A stretch of 64,000 nt of DNA from the human T2T-CHM13v2.0 reference genome, Homo sapiens, in assembly GCF_009914755.1 (NCBI RefSeq), contig NC_060930.1. The stretch is one strand, 5' to 3'. Below, piece by piece: positions 1 to 13,960 of the stretch; within the stretch, counting starts at the first letter, position 1; each line of letters starts with the position of its first letter. The notes under the pieces were generated by a model that made no database searches, was not told the DNA's origin, and saw only the letters and a list, made by a program, of their open reading frames with translations. A program made the position numbers and the translations under genes.

Positions 1-1312
1 TAAATGTATAGCTTATTCCCCACCTACACACATTTGCACACTCATTCCACTCACACCCACATGCACACTCACACACTGTATTTTTTTCTTATTTGAATCA
101 GCCACCACAGCTGCCAGTGCCTCAGGGGCTTTAAACATCAATCAGTTTCACAGCTGGAGGCAGAGTGATCTACAGCAATAAAGCTTAAAGTGCTTCCTTT
201 TCTGATATAATTTGATTCTTCCATTAGAGCACACATTCTTTTTTTTTTTAAGCCAAAGCAAATGTTCTCTGTCCATACTAAGGCAAATAAATAGTTACCT
301 TAAAGAGGCAGAAGGTATTACTCACTAGTTGGGATGCTAGATGGAGAAACTCTATCCAATAATCCTTACTTCTGCAGTGCTGAGTTTTTCACTTTTATCT
401 CTCAGATTTGCATCTCTCCTGCCTCCTCAGGGCTGACAGTGATCTTGGATCTGTTAGGCTGGGGGTGAATTCTGGTAGCTATAATAAATCAGACAAGAGT
501 GGCTTTATTGATATGTTCTTTGGTTTCTAATACAATAGAATTCAATGGAATAGAGAAAAATGCTATGACAATCACTGTCATACTTTTTCACTGGACCCAC
601 AATGTTTGTCTCAAAGTTTCTCCATCAACCACAAGTTTTAAACTATCTTAAACATGACTTATCATTGTTTCTCTGACAAGCTCACTGTACTTGTTATTCT
701 TGACTTTTGAAGTTATTTATTAAGTAGTACTAGATAAGGTAGAAAGTGATTCCAGCTAACTTTGATAACGATAGTTGCAAAGAATGTGCTGTTGTCAACA
801 AAGATGTGCATTCAAAGATTAACAGTGAGAGTGGGTCAGAATCCATTATGCTTTGGTTCCTATCAAATAAACCTGGTTGGAATACTTGTTTGTTTGTTTT
901 CCAAAAGAGACAGGGTTTTGGTAACAGAAATCCAGATATTTTTAAAGTAAATGAGCAGTCACATCCTAACCTGAAGCTTGCCAGCCCAGTTCATCTGCTG
1001 CTGCGGTCACCCCATTCCAGCTGTTGACTGGTTACATTTATGGTTACATTTACATTGGCTCTACCAAGGTTTCTTTCCCTTTTTTTGAATGAACCTATGA
1101 AACCAGTTTATACCAAAATTCGTAATTGTAGAATGTGGTAATATTAAAGCTAAGAGAGTCCTTAGAAGTTTCTAGCTCAGCAATATTCCTTCATCGTCTT
1201 TCCTTTTACTGTGGGAAATGTGGGACTCAAGAAGTTTAAATAATCAACCCAAGGACACACAGATAATAATTTATCAAACTAGAATTTAGACTGAAATTTT
1301 CTAAATCCCTAT

Positions 1313-1664
1313 TGCAATGGACTGACTTGTGTCTCGCAAACTCATAGGCAGATGCCTTAACTACCAATATGATTGTCTTTGGACATAGGGTTTATAAGGA
1401 GGTAACTAAGGTTAATGAGGCCATAAGAGTAGGGCCCTAATCTAACAGGTCTGGTGACCTTACAAGAAAAGAAAAGACACCATAGTGCTCATCTTGAGTC
1501 AAATGCAGCTATCTGCAAGCCAGGAAGAGGGCCCTCATCAGAAACAGAACTCTGCAGGAACCTTGATCTTGGACTTCCAGCTTCCAGTATGATAAGAAGA
1601 CATATATCTGTAGTTTCAGTAACCCAGTATATGGTTTTTGTTAAGATAGCTAGAGCTAAGATAC
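1313..1664 (+). mobile_element. MaLR solo LTR (MLT1A-like)
   Basis: Begins TG. Contains GGGCCCTAATC, CTGCAAGCCAGGAAGAGGGCCCTCA and TTGATCTTGGACTTCCAGC motifs typical of MLT1A/B. About 350 bp. Confidence 0.85.
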
Positions 1665-2186
1665 CTGTCTTTCCATTTCTTAATCTTATGACTGAATACT
1701 GAGTTCAAATCTTTTCTAAGAGATCCAATTCTGCCATTGTGCTGAGTGGGGGATAGAAGTGTCTCTGATAAAATGTATTCAGGGCTGAGCTCACTATCAA
1801 TGACTGAGCGCTGCCTGTGTCCAAGCTACTCTGGACAGCTTCAAGAAAGGTAACCCTTAAGCTCAAACTAAAGGTTTCATTGCTTCAAATTCTCCCAGCT
1901 TTAGTCTCCCACAAAAGGAGCTAGTTTTTATTTATTTTTATTCCTAAATGTCTAGTCCTTGGTTTAGTGCTTTCAAACTAAGTGTGCGTAACTACCACCT
2001 GGCTTTGTTTCTTTTCTCGTTATTCTGCTTCTCTTTCTTTTCCTACACTGCTGCATTAATTTTGTCAAAAAATTCCCATAACCTGTTATAGAAGTTTAGA
2101 AGTACATATTATTCTCTATAAAGGGCCCTTACTTAGTAAATGTCTTTGTCTCTCTCTGGCGTAGAGGCAAAAAAAGAGATGAAAGT

Positions 2187-2192
2187 GAGAGA

Positions 2193-2230
<38 letters not shown>
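2187..2230. repeat. (GA)n microsatellite
   Basis: Visible GA dinucleotide run. Confidence 0.95.
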
Positions 2231-2235
<5 letters not shown>

Positions 2236-2449
2236 AATTGTGTCCCCAGCTGAGCCAGAGTAAACACCCAGCTTTGCAATATATCTTAGGAGAGGCAATA
2301 GTTTTTCATATTTGAAATTAAATTTTAAGAGATCTACTTGGAATAAGTAGTTATTACCAGCCAACATATTTACTTTTGAATTGGCTAAGCAATTTTAGGA
2401 AAAAATTTAAATATTTTGTACTCGATCTTCCTAAAATTTGGCTATACTT

Positions 2450-2965
2450 GTCATTTTGCTGTTCAAAACCTTTCCATTAACCTTCTCTTCCTGGAGAAGG
2501 GAATAAAACTCTTAAGCCTGGTCCCTGACACTCCTCAACATTAAGCCCCTTTGGATTCTCTCACTCTTAATGTGTCTCTTCCATGACATCTTGCCCTAGA
2601 CAAACCGGTTGATCCTTTGTTCTCTTAAAACACAATGTGCCTTTCTATCATTTTATCATTACTTCCTAACGGAAATATCTCCTTTCTTCTCTGCCACTCA
2701 AATAAATTCTACCTTTTCTTCAACATTAGGTCTCATTTCTCATCATCTCTTTCCCCAAATACTCCTGCAAAAAGTAATTTTTCCTTTCTTGCTACTTCTC
2801 TGTCACTTAAAGTCTGTATTTGTCTTTCATTACTTGTATGTTAATTTGTCAAAGTACTCTCATATTTGTATGCCTTTTCTTCTTATAGGCCAATGCTCCC
2901 TAACACTCAACCCCCAGCACTTAACACAGCACAATGCCGTGCACAGTCCAGATGCTTTTTGGTTC
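2450..2965 (+). mobile_element. L2 LINE 3' fragments (degenerate)
   Basis: Pyrimidine-rich L2-like segments ending in CCCCAGCACTTAACACAGCAC. Confidence 0.45.
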
Positions 2966-3029
2966 TGTTAATCGTGATTGTGACGATAATGAAGTTGCTC
3001 CACAACTACTCTGAATTACCACCACTTGC

Positions 3030-3385
3030 TACCGAATGTGTGTGGAGCAATTATCATCAGGCAAGGACTGTGCAAGTGCTTTATATAGGCCACTTCATTT
3101 ACTCTTTCCACAACCCTCTGAAATACATGTTTGTTGCTCTTTTACAAATATATAAAATGAGACTGAAGATGTCACATTAGACTGATAATTTCTATGACTA
3201 GATGATGGAGAAAAGGACTAGTACAAGTTCAGGTTAATGCCTTCTCAATGTCAGGTGTTTTGTAGACATTACATCATTTAATATTCACAACAATCCTGTG
3301 ACATGGCTTCATCTGAAGATGAGAAAGTCCAAACCCCAACAGGTTAAGTAAGTTGCCTAAAGTCAGGCAAGTGTGCAGACACCAG
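3030..3385 (-). mobile_element. Two MIR SINE fragments
   Basis: Antisense MIR core-like segments: TTTACAAATA..AAATGAGACTGAAG and GATGAGAAA..GGTTAAGTAAGTTGCCTAAAGTCA. Confidence 0.65.
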
Positions 3386-4784
3386 GTTTTCTTCCTCTTT
3401 CAGAATAATTACCTTTAGTAGCTGCTTTAGGGATTTGTAAAGAAAAATACTACTGTATATTACAATTTAATATTGTTTTACCAACCTAAATTAATTTTTT
3501 TCTTTAAATACGAATTTTTCAAGTCCAGATTAAAGAAATAGTTTATGGATATTTGAGAATAAATCATCTACATTAACCAACTAATGAGTACCATTCCAAC
3601 ATAATTTATATGTCTGGTAAACTTCCTGAAATAAGGAACCCTTTCAGGATAACTGATTTTAGGTGGTCACTATGAGAAGAACCCTATTGGAATGGTTGGT
3701 TTCAGGGTATGGCCCAGAGCCTCTGGGCACAGAGTCCTTGGTAGGGAGCATGCCTGGAGTCTGCCCGGCTGAGGGACGGGTGTCTTCAGGGAAATACTAC
3801 ATTTTAAAGGGAAGATTTTTTTTTTTACTTTTCAGAGAATTTCAAATCTTGGCACTAAAGAGGGGGAAAAAGGTATGTCTTTTCTTTGAAATACTGGCTT
3901 TTTTTTTTCTGAAAAGACCACCCTCTCCCCAAGCCTTGGAAACTTCAAACAGCCTGACTGAGAAGTCAGAACTCCTCTGGTTAAAGAAGCTGTTATCTTG
4001 AAAGCTGCTACAGGCTATAAGCTCTTAGAGGGTCCTGGAGCTCAGAGTCTGTTTGTATTCATTTTTAATAAGCTAAATGAAAAATGGGAAAGAATCCTGA
4101 GCATGTGTATAAATGCATACATATGTGTATATCTATATATGCACATATTCTTATCATTTAACAATGTAAATATATATTTAGTTAAACATGCACCCGACAA
4201 GCTAAATGTCTTCTTTAAAAAAGTAAAATTCAAATACAAATGTAAATTTTACTTGAAAAATTGTGATTAGGCTTTTTTACTAAATATATCCTTGCAGCAA
4301 ATTTCCTGTGAAATTTTAATTGGATTTCATACTTTTAATCTTATTTGTATGCACCTCACATTTTACTACTCTGTAAGAATTTGACATAATATCTATGTGT
4401 TTCTCTTACCTGATATTATAGTTTAAATACATTTTAAATGCATGAATTAAAGGGCAAAATCCAGAGTCGTTGACTGGGGTGAATATTAATTTTAATATAG
4501 TGTCTCTATTTTTGGCACATTCTACACTGTGGATACTTTTCTGTGTCTCCTGGGTGCATGTAACTGTAGCTCTTGCTTTCTACAGAGGAAAAAGTCCTGA
4601 ATTACATATATAAACCAAAATATGTTCGCCTATTCTCCTCTAAATGCATACAAAGAAGAAATATCCAAAGTCTTAAATGTAACATAATGTGTCTTTAGGT
4701 TACATCTGACACCCTTTCAACCCTACCTTACATCCCTTCTATCCACTTTCTACTCCAACTATGGCTATGGCACCAGTCTCACAC

Positions 4785-5158
4785 AGGTGTAACCAGAAAC
4801 CTGGGCCTCAGCAGCATTTCTTTACTTTCTGACCTAGAGGTTTTTCATAACTTGTACAATGCCAACCAAGCCGTTCTGACGCTGAGCCAACCAAGCCATT
4901 CTGGCACAATCACAAAGGAGTGCAAGGCATCAGTCCCCTACAGGGTGACCCTCGACAGATGACAGATTTGATCCAGTAGATAAATACACCCCTCTTGCAT
5001 CCTTCAGGTAAACAAAGCATAGTTACATCTTATATACTCAGAGGTCCCCAGCAAAACAGAGCCCCAGTTGCCAGTTGTTCCCAGTTGTTATTAAGCTGGT
5101 GAGTAGTTTAATAACATATCCTTGGTTTGACTTTTTCTCCTTCTGGATGTCATTCTAT
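4785..5158 (+). mobile_element. ERVL LTR (LTR16-like)
   Basis: GATAAATACACCCC..., CAGAGGTCCCCAGC..GAGCCCCAGTTGCC match the recalled LTR16A/C consensus. Confidence 0.65.
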
Positions 5159-5159
5159 G

Positions 5160-5362
5160 CCAGTTCTCAACCGTGGGTTATTTTTCTCCTCTCTCCCAGC
5201 TCCTGGGGATATTTGGCCATGTCAGGAGACATTTTTGGTTTTCACAACTTGGAGGTGGGGGCTATTGGCATCTAGTGGGTAGAGGCCAGGGACGATGCTA
5301 AGTATTCTACAATATATGGCACAGCTCCCACAACAAATTGAGCTGTTAACTGTGCTTGAGTA
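5160..5362. mobile_element. MER20 (hAT-Charlie non-autonomous DNA transposon)
   Basis: TTCTCAACC...GGAGACATTTTTGGTT..CACAAC..GGCATCTAGTGGGTAGAGGCCAGGGA..GCTAA is the MER20 signature. Confidence 0.9.
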
Positions 5363-6354
5363 TAGCCTATCAGACCAATTTGCTTTCTTAGGCTTGTCAA
5401 GAAAAATTCCACTTGCTCTTTTAATTTGATGCAAACAGGTTTGAGGGGAAGAGCTAAATTAAAATCTAATAACGCCTGGAAAAAAAAAAGAGGCTGAAAA
5501 TCAGCAATTTAAGTTCAACTTGAATGAGTTTCGAAGTAATTGGGTCTAGACACTGAAGAAGTTAAAGTTTACATAAAGCTTTCCATGAAACAAGGCTCTT
5601 CTTTTTCTAGATGACAACTCCAACTTTAATTTTTTTTTTTCTCATTGGACTGTGCATTCTTTGGAGGCAGGGTCTTGTTTCATCTTTGAATTTCTCACAG
5701 CTTTCAGTTTGTCTCTGCCCAGCAAATGTTCAATTGGTTATTGAATTTGTGGCAGATGAGGATTGTGCTCTGTTCCCTTGATTCCTAGTGTGTTGTTATT
5801 TCCAAGGAATGCGGATGTAATGTAATAATGGTCAATTAGGCAAGCCAATTATTTTGTAGCCACTTTAAAGTAGCAGTCTTCTGTTATGTCTAAGTACGTA
5901 TTTCCTATATTTTATCATTTTGGAGTGTTGGAAAAATTTATTTCAATCAACTTTTCAGTTTGAATATTATAATCAGGTCACACCTTAATGAAAGTATATC
6001 AAGGCCCACTGAGTTTGTTTCTACTTTTCAGGAAGCAACAAAATGAACTCTCATAAGGGATTTAGTTCATTTCAAATATGGGTTAAATCTTCTCTGAATT
6101 ATTTAACCCCTCTAAATCTATAAAATTGGCCCAATGAAAGGAAAAATTGTCACAAGGATTAAGATCTTCCAATTATACCCTGAACAGAGAGTTTCCCCTG
6201 TGTCATTCAATTACATCTTAAAAGTTCAGTGAAATTAAGGAAAGAAAATCCTGCTCACTTCTTGTTAAATTGGCGTTGAAATTTGAGAGAATGTATAGTT
6301 CAACTAAGCCAAGTCCCTCATTTCAGGAATCAGAACACTTAACGCTGGGAGGTG

Positions 6355-6645
6355 TCAGTCAAGGGTTATAAAGTTTTAGTTAACAGGATAAATAAGTTCT
6401 GAAGACCTGTTTTATAGCATGGTGACCATAATTGGCAGTAATGCATTGTGTGCTTGAAAATTGCTCAGAGAATGGATCTTAAATTTTCTAACCACATACT
6501 TACACAAACTGTAACTATGCGAGGTGATGGATATGTTAATTAGCTTGAGTGTGGTAATCATTTCACAATATATACATGTATCAAAGCATTACATGGTACA
6601 GCATAAAAGACAATTTTTATTTGTCAATTATACATCAATAAGAAA
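6355..6645 (+). mobile_element. Old L1 3' end (L1MA9/L1MB-like)
   Basis: ATAAGTTCTG...TTGAAAATTGCT..GAGGTGATGGATATGTTAATTAGCTTGA..GGTAATCATTTCACAAT...TTTATTTGTCAATTATAC. Confidence 0.85.
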
Positions 6646-8316
6646 TGTTTTAAATTAATACAAATAAAAACATTTAACTTCTCTATGGGCAGATACAGAA
6701 GAGCCTTCATTGGTTATTAGTAGATTGTGTTGCTTCTTCTAAGCCAAATCTTTCTTAATTATGTAGTAGTGGCATGGCTGACTTCCACTTCCACTTGTGT
6801 CTTCTAGAGAGCCAATCATAGCATTAGTGTCAGACACAGCATGCAGGTGGAATAGGAGAACAAGAACACAGGTTTCATGCTTACAAATGCACCTTCTCAA
6901 AGAAGAGGTGTGATAGGTAACCTTGAACAAACTTCTGACTTCAATTCTGAGCCACAATCCTATGACCTTGACCTTCTTCTCCTTCTCTTTACCAAGGAGG
7001 GACCATAATAAGGTATTCACTCTCCTAAGACATTAGCAGGTGTTTAAAGGATCAATGTTTCAAAAGCATCCTGGGGAGAAAAAAATGACTTGGAAACATG
7101 TAATAGTTTTATTAATTCACCTTCTTTTTAATGAATCATTAAAACTGAGCTTAGAGCAGCCTACCTGTTGTGGATTCTTGCTTCAAGCTCTCTCTATGCT
7201 TACCACCCTGAACCTGAAACCTTGTTGAGAATGACTGCGAATCTACAGTTTTAAGGTTCATTAATCACACTCCCTGCTGCATATGCTTTCTGGTGTGATA
7301 TGATGCTGAATGAGATTCTCATACTTATGCAAAATATTAGCAGAACTTTTTTTATTAAAGACGTGGTTTATTAATCTTAATAAATCATAGTTTGTTGGAG
7401 TATTTCTGACTGCTTCTCAAGTAAAATGGGGCTTGACTGTGCAGTAACTGTGTTTATGTCATGCTTGAATTGCTTAAGGTGAGGCTTTGAGTAGTTTTAT
7501 TGCTTTTGTTTATATAGGTAAACCCAATCTGCACATTTGAAATGATTGATGAACTGCAGCCCCACTTGGAGTGTTTGTCATCACTCATGTGCTGAAGTGA
7601 CATTTCTTTATGTATTTTGGCATAAACATATGCAACTACTGGCAAAGCATTTGACCCTAGAGTCTGACTATTTGTCATTCTAATCTTTTTTTTTTTTTTT
7701 TGCCCAAAGTCAGGCAGGTTACTGTATATTCTTTCTTCACACACATTGCTAATTATTCAACAGACAGTAAAATAGTCTTTTGACTGGGATTGCATAAATT
7801 GCTGAATGTGCGATCTTCATTTCTCCAGCCAGGCAGCTAGGTACTATGCAGTAAAATAAATAAAGTTGAGATCCATGTAAATGTCAAGGAAGACAGCCAT
7901 ATTGAACTATAATAGCTTTTCAGGACAATCTGCAGCTTTTATCAATAAAAAAAAAAAAAAAAGAAGAAAATGCCATGAGTGTGAGATTTGGCAAATCAAA
8001 TGTAGGCAAAGATTAAGCAAAATTCATTAAGTACAACTACCTTAGAATATAATTTTCCTATAATGGGTTGTTGTTGAAAAGCAAGTAACCAATAACTCAT
8101 ATCATGTGGACAGAGATAAATGAAAGTCTTCCTAACCTCCAGGCTCAGAGTTCGAACTCTATGTTGTGCTGTTTGAAAATTTCTGATTATTTATTGGTAA
8201 AAATGTCAGAAAAATAATTAAAGTGCAAAGTAATTTTCTGAGGAAAGCAATCACACCTCATTCAGAGAACTTGCCTATGGATGCATTCCTGTGAGGCCTG
8301 AATGAGCAACAAACAG

Positions 8317-8343
8317 ACACACACACACACACACACACACACA
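8317..8343. repeat. (CA)n microsatellite
   Basis: Visible CA run. Confidence 0.95.
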
Positions 8344-11049
8344 GAGATAATAGGACAAACCAAAATAAATGACATCATTATTACCTGGTTCATGGAATGT
8401 AATGAAGAGGCAAATGGTTAAAGATTCATTGAAAAATCAGAGCTGATAATTCTAGACAAAATACAGAACATGGTTCTTAGGATACTCTTTAATGAGAAAT
8501 TATGTAACTTGCTCTTTTTTATGATACAAAAATATTTTATTTACAATCATTCAATTTTAAGCTAAGTACTCAAATGTGGGATAGTTGACAAGAAGGAGAC
8601 ACCAGGTAGACGAAGAGATTTCAGGTCTTCGTCTGTGGCAGGCACCACGTTTTAGTGTGATGTTCAGGGAGAAAGTTTTCATTCTCTCTCTTCAGTAATC
8701 AAGCTGACACACTGGGGTTAAAGGATAGCAGCCATTGTGTTAGTAACAAAAATGAGCATGAGGTCATGTTCCTTAAAAGTATAAACATATACATACAACG
8801 TATTGGCTTTTTTTTTACTTGTTAATTAAGTGTTAATTTAGTTTGAACTCTGCAGTTCCAGAAGGTAATGTAGGAATTTGTTTCTTACTTTGTCTTTGTT
8901 TTCAGAGTTCTTTTTTTAAACCGTGTTATACTATATTATTGTTCAAAGTGTTTGCTGCCTTCCCGTGGGGATGGATTATACTTCCCCATGACTTCAGATT
9001 TAGTCATGTAACTGGAAGTGCCCCTCCAAGCAAAAGGATCATACATCAGGAGTGGCCACGTGAATTTTTTATTTTTTCCCCAATGAAATTGTGCACAGAA
9101 AGGTTCATGACACATCAAAACAAAAGTTTTAAAGACCATTCTGTAGTTTCCCCACATGCTTGTCCCTTTGCTGCAAGTCTGGCAATATTCCAGAAAAGTG
9201 ATACTCCATCAGCCTGGCTCCCAGAACAAAGAAAGGGAGCAGAGCTGCAATTGACCCACAATGGACATGTAACAGGAATATGAAAGAAATTGTAAGTTAT
9301 CAAGATTTGGGGCTTATTGATTATCACAAGTTAACATAGTTTATGTTGATGGGTATCCTAAGGATTTGGCAATCTTTTGAAAATCAGAGCATTTATAGAA
9401 ATTTTCACCAGGGACTCCTCATGTTTCTTCCTCTGTCAATTACACTAAGTTAAGTAGATAATTATTAAATATCAACACTCTGCTAGGTGGCATGGAGAAG
9501 TACCAAGGAGCATACATCATAATCATGACCTTCAAGCCCTTAGTTTAGTCTTTGTTTATAGCCTCTACTAGAGGAAATATTTCTTCTACTCTTGAGACAT
9601 AGTTATGAAAATGATTCACACGTTTACTTATGTGTGCAAACTATAATTATAATCTGATTTCCAGAAGTCACAAAGGATAGTCTAATTACTTCATGTTTCC
9701 ACCTCTAAAACACCCATTACTTTAGATGTACCTTCAGAGTAAGGCCACATTTACGCAGACTAGTTGAGGCTAAACTCCATGCTGTGCGTTTTTGCATTTT
9801 ACCTCATGTAAGCTTAACCACTTCCCTGCGAAGTAGATGTTATAGTCCAGATGTTACAAATGAGCCTTGCCTGAGGCCCCAGGACTTAGAAGCAATGACT
9901 GGGAAATCCACCCTGCATCTACGGGCCCAGGTCTCTTTCTTGTACATCAACTTGATACACAGCATGAGTGTTTCACAGTCATGCGCTGGGAACTGCAGTA
10001 CATTGGGGCCTGTGAGAACTGAGCTACAGTCTTTTTTCAGGCACTCCAAAGCTGTGTCCCTTTGATTCTCTCTGGCATTTTTTTCATTTATCATCATGGT
10101 ATTTGGACTGTGCATTTCAAAGTATTTCTTTGTGACTTATTCTGATAGACATGGGAGAACCCACAAAGTGCCATTCTCTCCATTTCCTGCTTCCTGCCAG
10201 AGATGATAGACCCAATGCTAATGAGGAATAGTATCTGAGGAATATTAGACCAAGGAGCTATGGTTCCTTTTTCCTTTAAAATCCTATTGCTTGTGTACCA
10301 ATATCTTCTTGGCTTGGCCTCATTTCTTTTAAACCTCACATTTATAGCTTGTATTAATTTGCATGGTTGCACTGAAATAATGAGGAAAATAATTAGAGTC
10401 CAAAATATTATGAATCAGAGTATTCACATCAATAGAACTAATGCTTTAGGGAGTAAGAAGGAAGAGTATAGACCAAAGAACGCTGTTATAATACACTTCG
10501 TGGTACCACAAATCGAAGGTGGATATGCCGTTTTGTTCAGTATCAGACAAAACATTAAAATATCGGGGTTTTTTTTGTTTTGTTTTGGCTCCCACAGCAT
10601 TGAAGTTATAGCAGTAAGAATATATTATGTAGTATAGAATCAAGTCCAAACTTTTATGAAAAAACAATAACTACAGTGTCATTCCCTTGTAGTTATAAGT
10701 TGGGCATCCCAAAGACATATGAGGCCTAGTGTCAGCAAGCCATCTTTATCGAAGTGACCAAGTTCCTTTGGCCCTTTCTTTTGTTCTTGTCATTTGTTAT
10801 TCTCCCCATTTTATTGGTTCTATACTATGATCAGGTTATCTGTATTATCTGAACTTCTTTCTGTGTACCTATAATGTATAATCTATTGCATAAGACAAGC
10901 TGGCACTCAGATCATTATTAAAAAGGAATAGAAATTTTTCATAACTGTACGTACATTAGTGTGTATGACAACTTTGAATGCAACCTAGTTGCCTAGGTTT
11001 ATTTGCTGAGTATATGCAATTTAAAAATTCTAATACTTGAATAAACATA

Positions 11050-11370
11050 TTTATGTTTCAATACATGGATTTACATTCTATAAAAATATGTTGAAGGCCT
11101 TCCTTATACCAGGTTTATTTTTAGGAGTTGTGGATAGACAATCAATAAAATGTAGTCTCTGTTTCATAAAGCTGATATCCTAATGGGGAAAATGGACAGA
11201 AGAAAGATATTTAAATATTTTTAAAATAGCAATTGATAATTATTAGAAAAGTTAAAAAGAGTAAAGAAATAGGAAATGCAGATGCCATTTTAAGTAATGT
11301 GGCCAGAGAAAGGCCTTCTTAGGATGGGCTTTTCAAAAGAAATTTGTAACTGAAGTAAGGATGACAAATG
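11050..11370 (-). mobile_element. L2 3' end
   Basis: Antisense L2 pattern: ..TTGAAGGCCTTCCTTATACCAGG..TAGGAGTTGTGGATA..GTGGCCAGAGAAAGGCCTTC. Confidence 0.6.
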
Positions 11371-12124
11371 AGGATTGAAATGAACATTGATGAGTAGGCT
11401 AAGGGTTCCTTCTTAGAGGTATAAATTGTTTTCTTCTACTTCTTCTCTTTCTGTCTTCTCCTCTCTCTTCTTTTGTTTTCCCAATTATATTTCCCAATTA
11501 TATTGTTTTCCCAATATATAAAATGCTAACCTTTATTTTCTTGGGTCTTCATTACTAACAGAAAATCATTCAGACAATGATAGCCTCTCTTCAAAGATTA
11601 GAGTCACCTTACACCCTACCTTTATGTTGGGAATTCTCTTCAGATAACCTCTCAGAATTAATAGTTGTTTTTGCCAGCGGACAGTTACTTTTACATATTT
11701 TTTCCTTGAATTAAGAGAAGTTTTATTCTTCTATTTAGAGATGATTTATCAGCCAGATTTTCCTCTAAATTACTAAGCCGATTCAGGTGACATGAAATAA
11801 TTTATTCTTTAAGGTAAACATGGAGAGAAAAATCAGGAGGAAATTGACGGCCTAGTGAGACAAAAAAGGCATATTCATTAAAGAAAACCTTTTCAAGAAA
11901 AACTTGCAACATTACTTCTTTAAAAATCTACTTTTCTGTCACAGCTGTGTGGCTACACATATAGCTAAAGCTACTGGCAGTGACACAATCCTAGGGCAGA
12001 TACACAAAGCTATGCTTTAAGTCCACATTTCTTTTCATCCTAAAGCTGGAGCAGGAAGGAGGTAGAGACATAACTACCAAAGATGGGGAGGCTGTGAGTG
12101 CCTATCCTGGCTAGGCAGTCTGGT

Positions 12125-12290
12125 TAGATGAGCTTGGGCACATTGCTACACTTGATTTCTTCAAATGTAAATGGAGATACTAATGCTTACCTCATGGGAT
12201 TTTTATAAGGATTACATTAGATAATGTGCCTAAAACACACACTATGGTGCCTCGCGTGTGCTCAGCACTCAGTAATTATGAGGTCTAATT
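12125..12290 (+). mobile_element. MIR SINE
   Basis: TTCTTCAAATGTAAATGGAGATACTAATGCTTACCTCATGGGATT..AGGATTACATTAGATAATG. Confidence 0.8.
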
Positions 12291-12869
12291 ATTAGTATGG
12301 CCTATGTTCTCTTTCCTGTTTATTCATCTTCTGAATGTGTATGGAAATATCAAGAAAAGACATACTTTAAAGAGATGAAAAATTGGGGATAATTAATAGA
12401 CACCATGTAGTAATCATCTGTTATCCTCAAAATGTTGAAAATTCTAAGTTCCAGATAATATGAAGGTCTGGGCCTTGCCAGTGATAGCAGTTATATAAAT
12501 GCTTGTCAGGTAAAACGAAAGAATAAGTCTACCTAGATAGAGGTGAACCATGCCAGATGGTTTTGCCCATCTGAATATACACATTATATTGAGCACAGAA
12601 GAAGGTTCAGATAAAACCATCATTGTTTAGATCCCACCAAGAGGGGCTTCCTGAAGATAATGATCTACAGCTGTTGCATTTTCTGAGTGGCAGGAGGGGG
12701 AGAACTGTGTGCAGCTGATCTACCAGTTTTGCGAGAGACTTGGTTTAGAAGGGATTTGCCCTCTGCTTTTCAAGGGGATTTCATGCTGATATTCTGTGAT
12801 TTTTTATTTTAGTTTTCTGCAAGATGAAAAAAATACTTAAAAAAAATTAAAAATTAATATTTGTTCGTA

Positions 12870-13040
12870 AATTTTATTGTAGTCTCTTCCACTTAAATGT
12901 AAAATCTATGAATATATTGGCATATCTTCAGAGCCTAAAACATTGCCATAAACCTAGTAAGACATTCAGTAAAAACACTGCAATTGTTGGACGAATATAT
13001 AAATAAACATATGAATGAATGGATTAATAAATAAATCAAT
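12870..13040 (+). mobile_element. L2 3' terminus
   Basis: CCACTTAAATGTAAAATCTATGA..CAGAGCCTAAAACATTGCC...TGAATGAATGG tail. Confidence 0.6.
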
Positions 13041-13239
13041 ATCCAAATGAGGAAATGTCTTTTTATATTTTTTCACATCTCGACTGTGTCTGAAACACAA
13101 TGAATATTTCATACAGAAATAAGTATTTAGAATCATGAACCCTTGCCAAAAAATAGTCCTTTTTCTAGGAAAAATGGCCTTTTCAACCCAGATTGTAGCT
13201 TCAAGAAAGACATAAAGAGAGTCAAAAAACCCAGAGAGA

Positions 13240-13560
13240 TGTCACAGTCAGATTGTTCTAACCTTCAGCATATTTGCTTTGAGACATCCTATAGGTGTGT
13301 TGTTTAAACTCCCACCCAAATCAGAAGACTCTCCTTGGAGGAGAGTACTAGATGATGAGTATTTGCTTGAATACTTCCTGTGAAGGGAAGCTCATCAAAT
13401 GAGTCAGCCCATTAAAAGTTTGGAAAACTATAATTATTAACATTTTTCTCTGGCTATGGGGTCAAAATCTGCCTCCTTCTAACTGGAACCCACAAGAGTA
13501 CCCCTTGTTATCCCCCTAGGAGCAATAAAATCAACTTTATTCTCTCTTAAATATGGAAGA
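13240..13560 (-). mobile_element. CR1/L3 LINE 3' region
   Basis: GCTTGAATACTTCCTGTGAAGGGAAGCTCA..CAGCCCATT...AAATCTGCCTCCTTCTAACT..ACCCA matches the recalled antisense L3 consensus. Confidence 0.7.
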
Positions 13561-13668
13561 TAGCATTATTCCCTTTTTTTTTTCTCCTCCCCTAGGCTTT
13601 TTGCTATCTGCTATTCAGAGAAAATGTGTCTGATGATTCATATTCCACAGTAGAATGTAATATATGTG

Positions 13669-13960
13669 GGCCAGGCACAGTGGCTCACACCTGTAATCTC
13701 AACACTTTGGGAGGCTGAGGCAGGTGGATTGCTTGAGCCCAGGAGTTCGACTCCAGCCTGGTCAACATGGCAAAACCCCATCTCCACAAAAAATTAGACG
13801 GGTGTGGTGGCACATGCCTGTAGTCCCAGCTACTCGAAGGCTGAGGTGAGAGGATGGCTTGAGTCAGGAAGGTGGAGTTTTCAGTGAGCTATGATTGTGC
13901 AAGTGTACTCTAGTCTGGGTGACAAAGCCAGCCCTGTCTCAAAATAAGTAATAATAAAAA
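13669..13960 (+). mobile_element. Full-length AluJ
   Basis: Two-arm Alu with J-type GGATTGCTTGAGCCCAGGAG. TSD AGAATGTAATATATGTG (13652-13668) / AGAATATAATGTATGTG (13961-13977). Confidence 0.97.

Noticed and set aside
12683-12703. CTCF-like purine motif
   Set aside because: Several mismatches at core positions.
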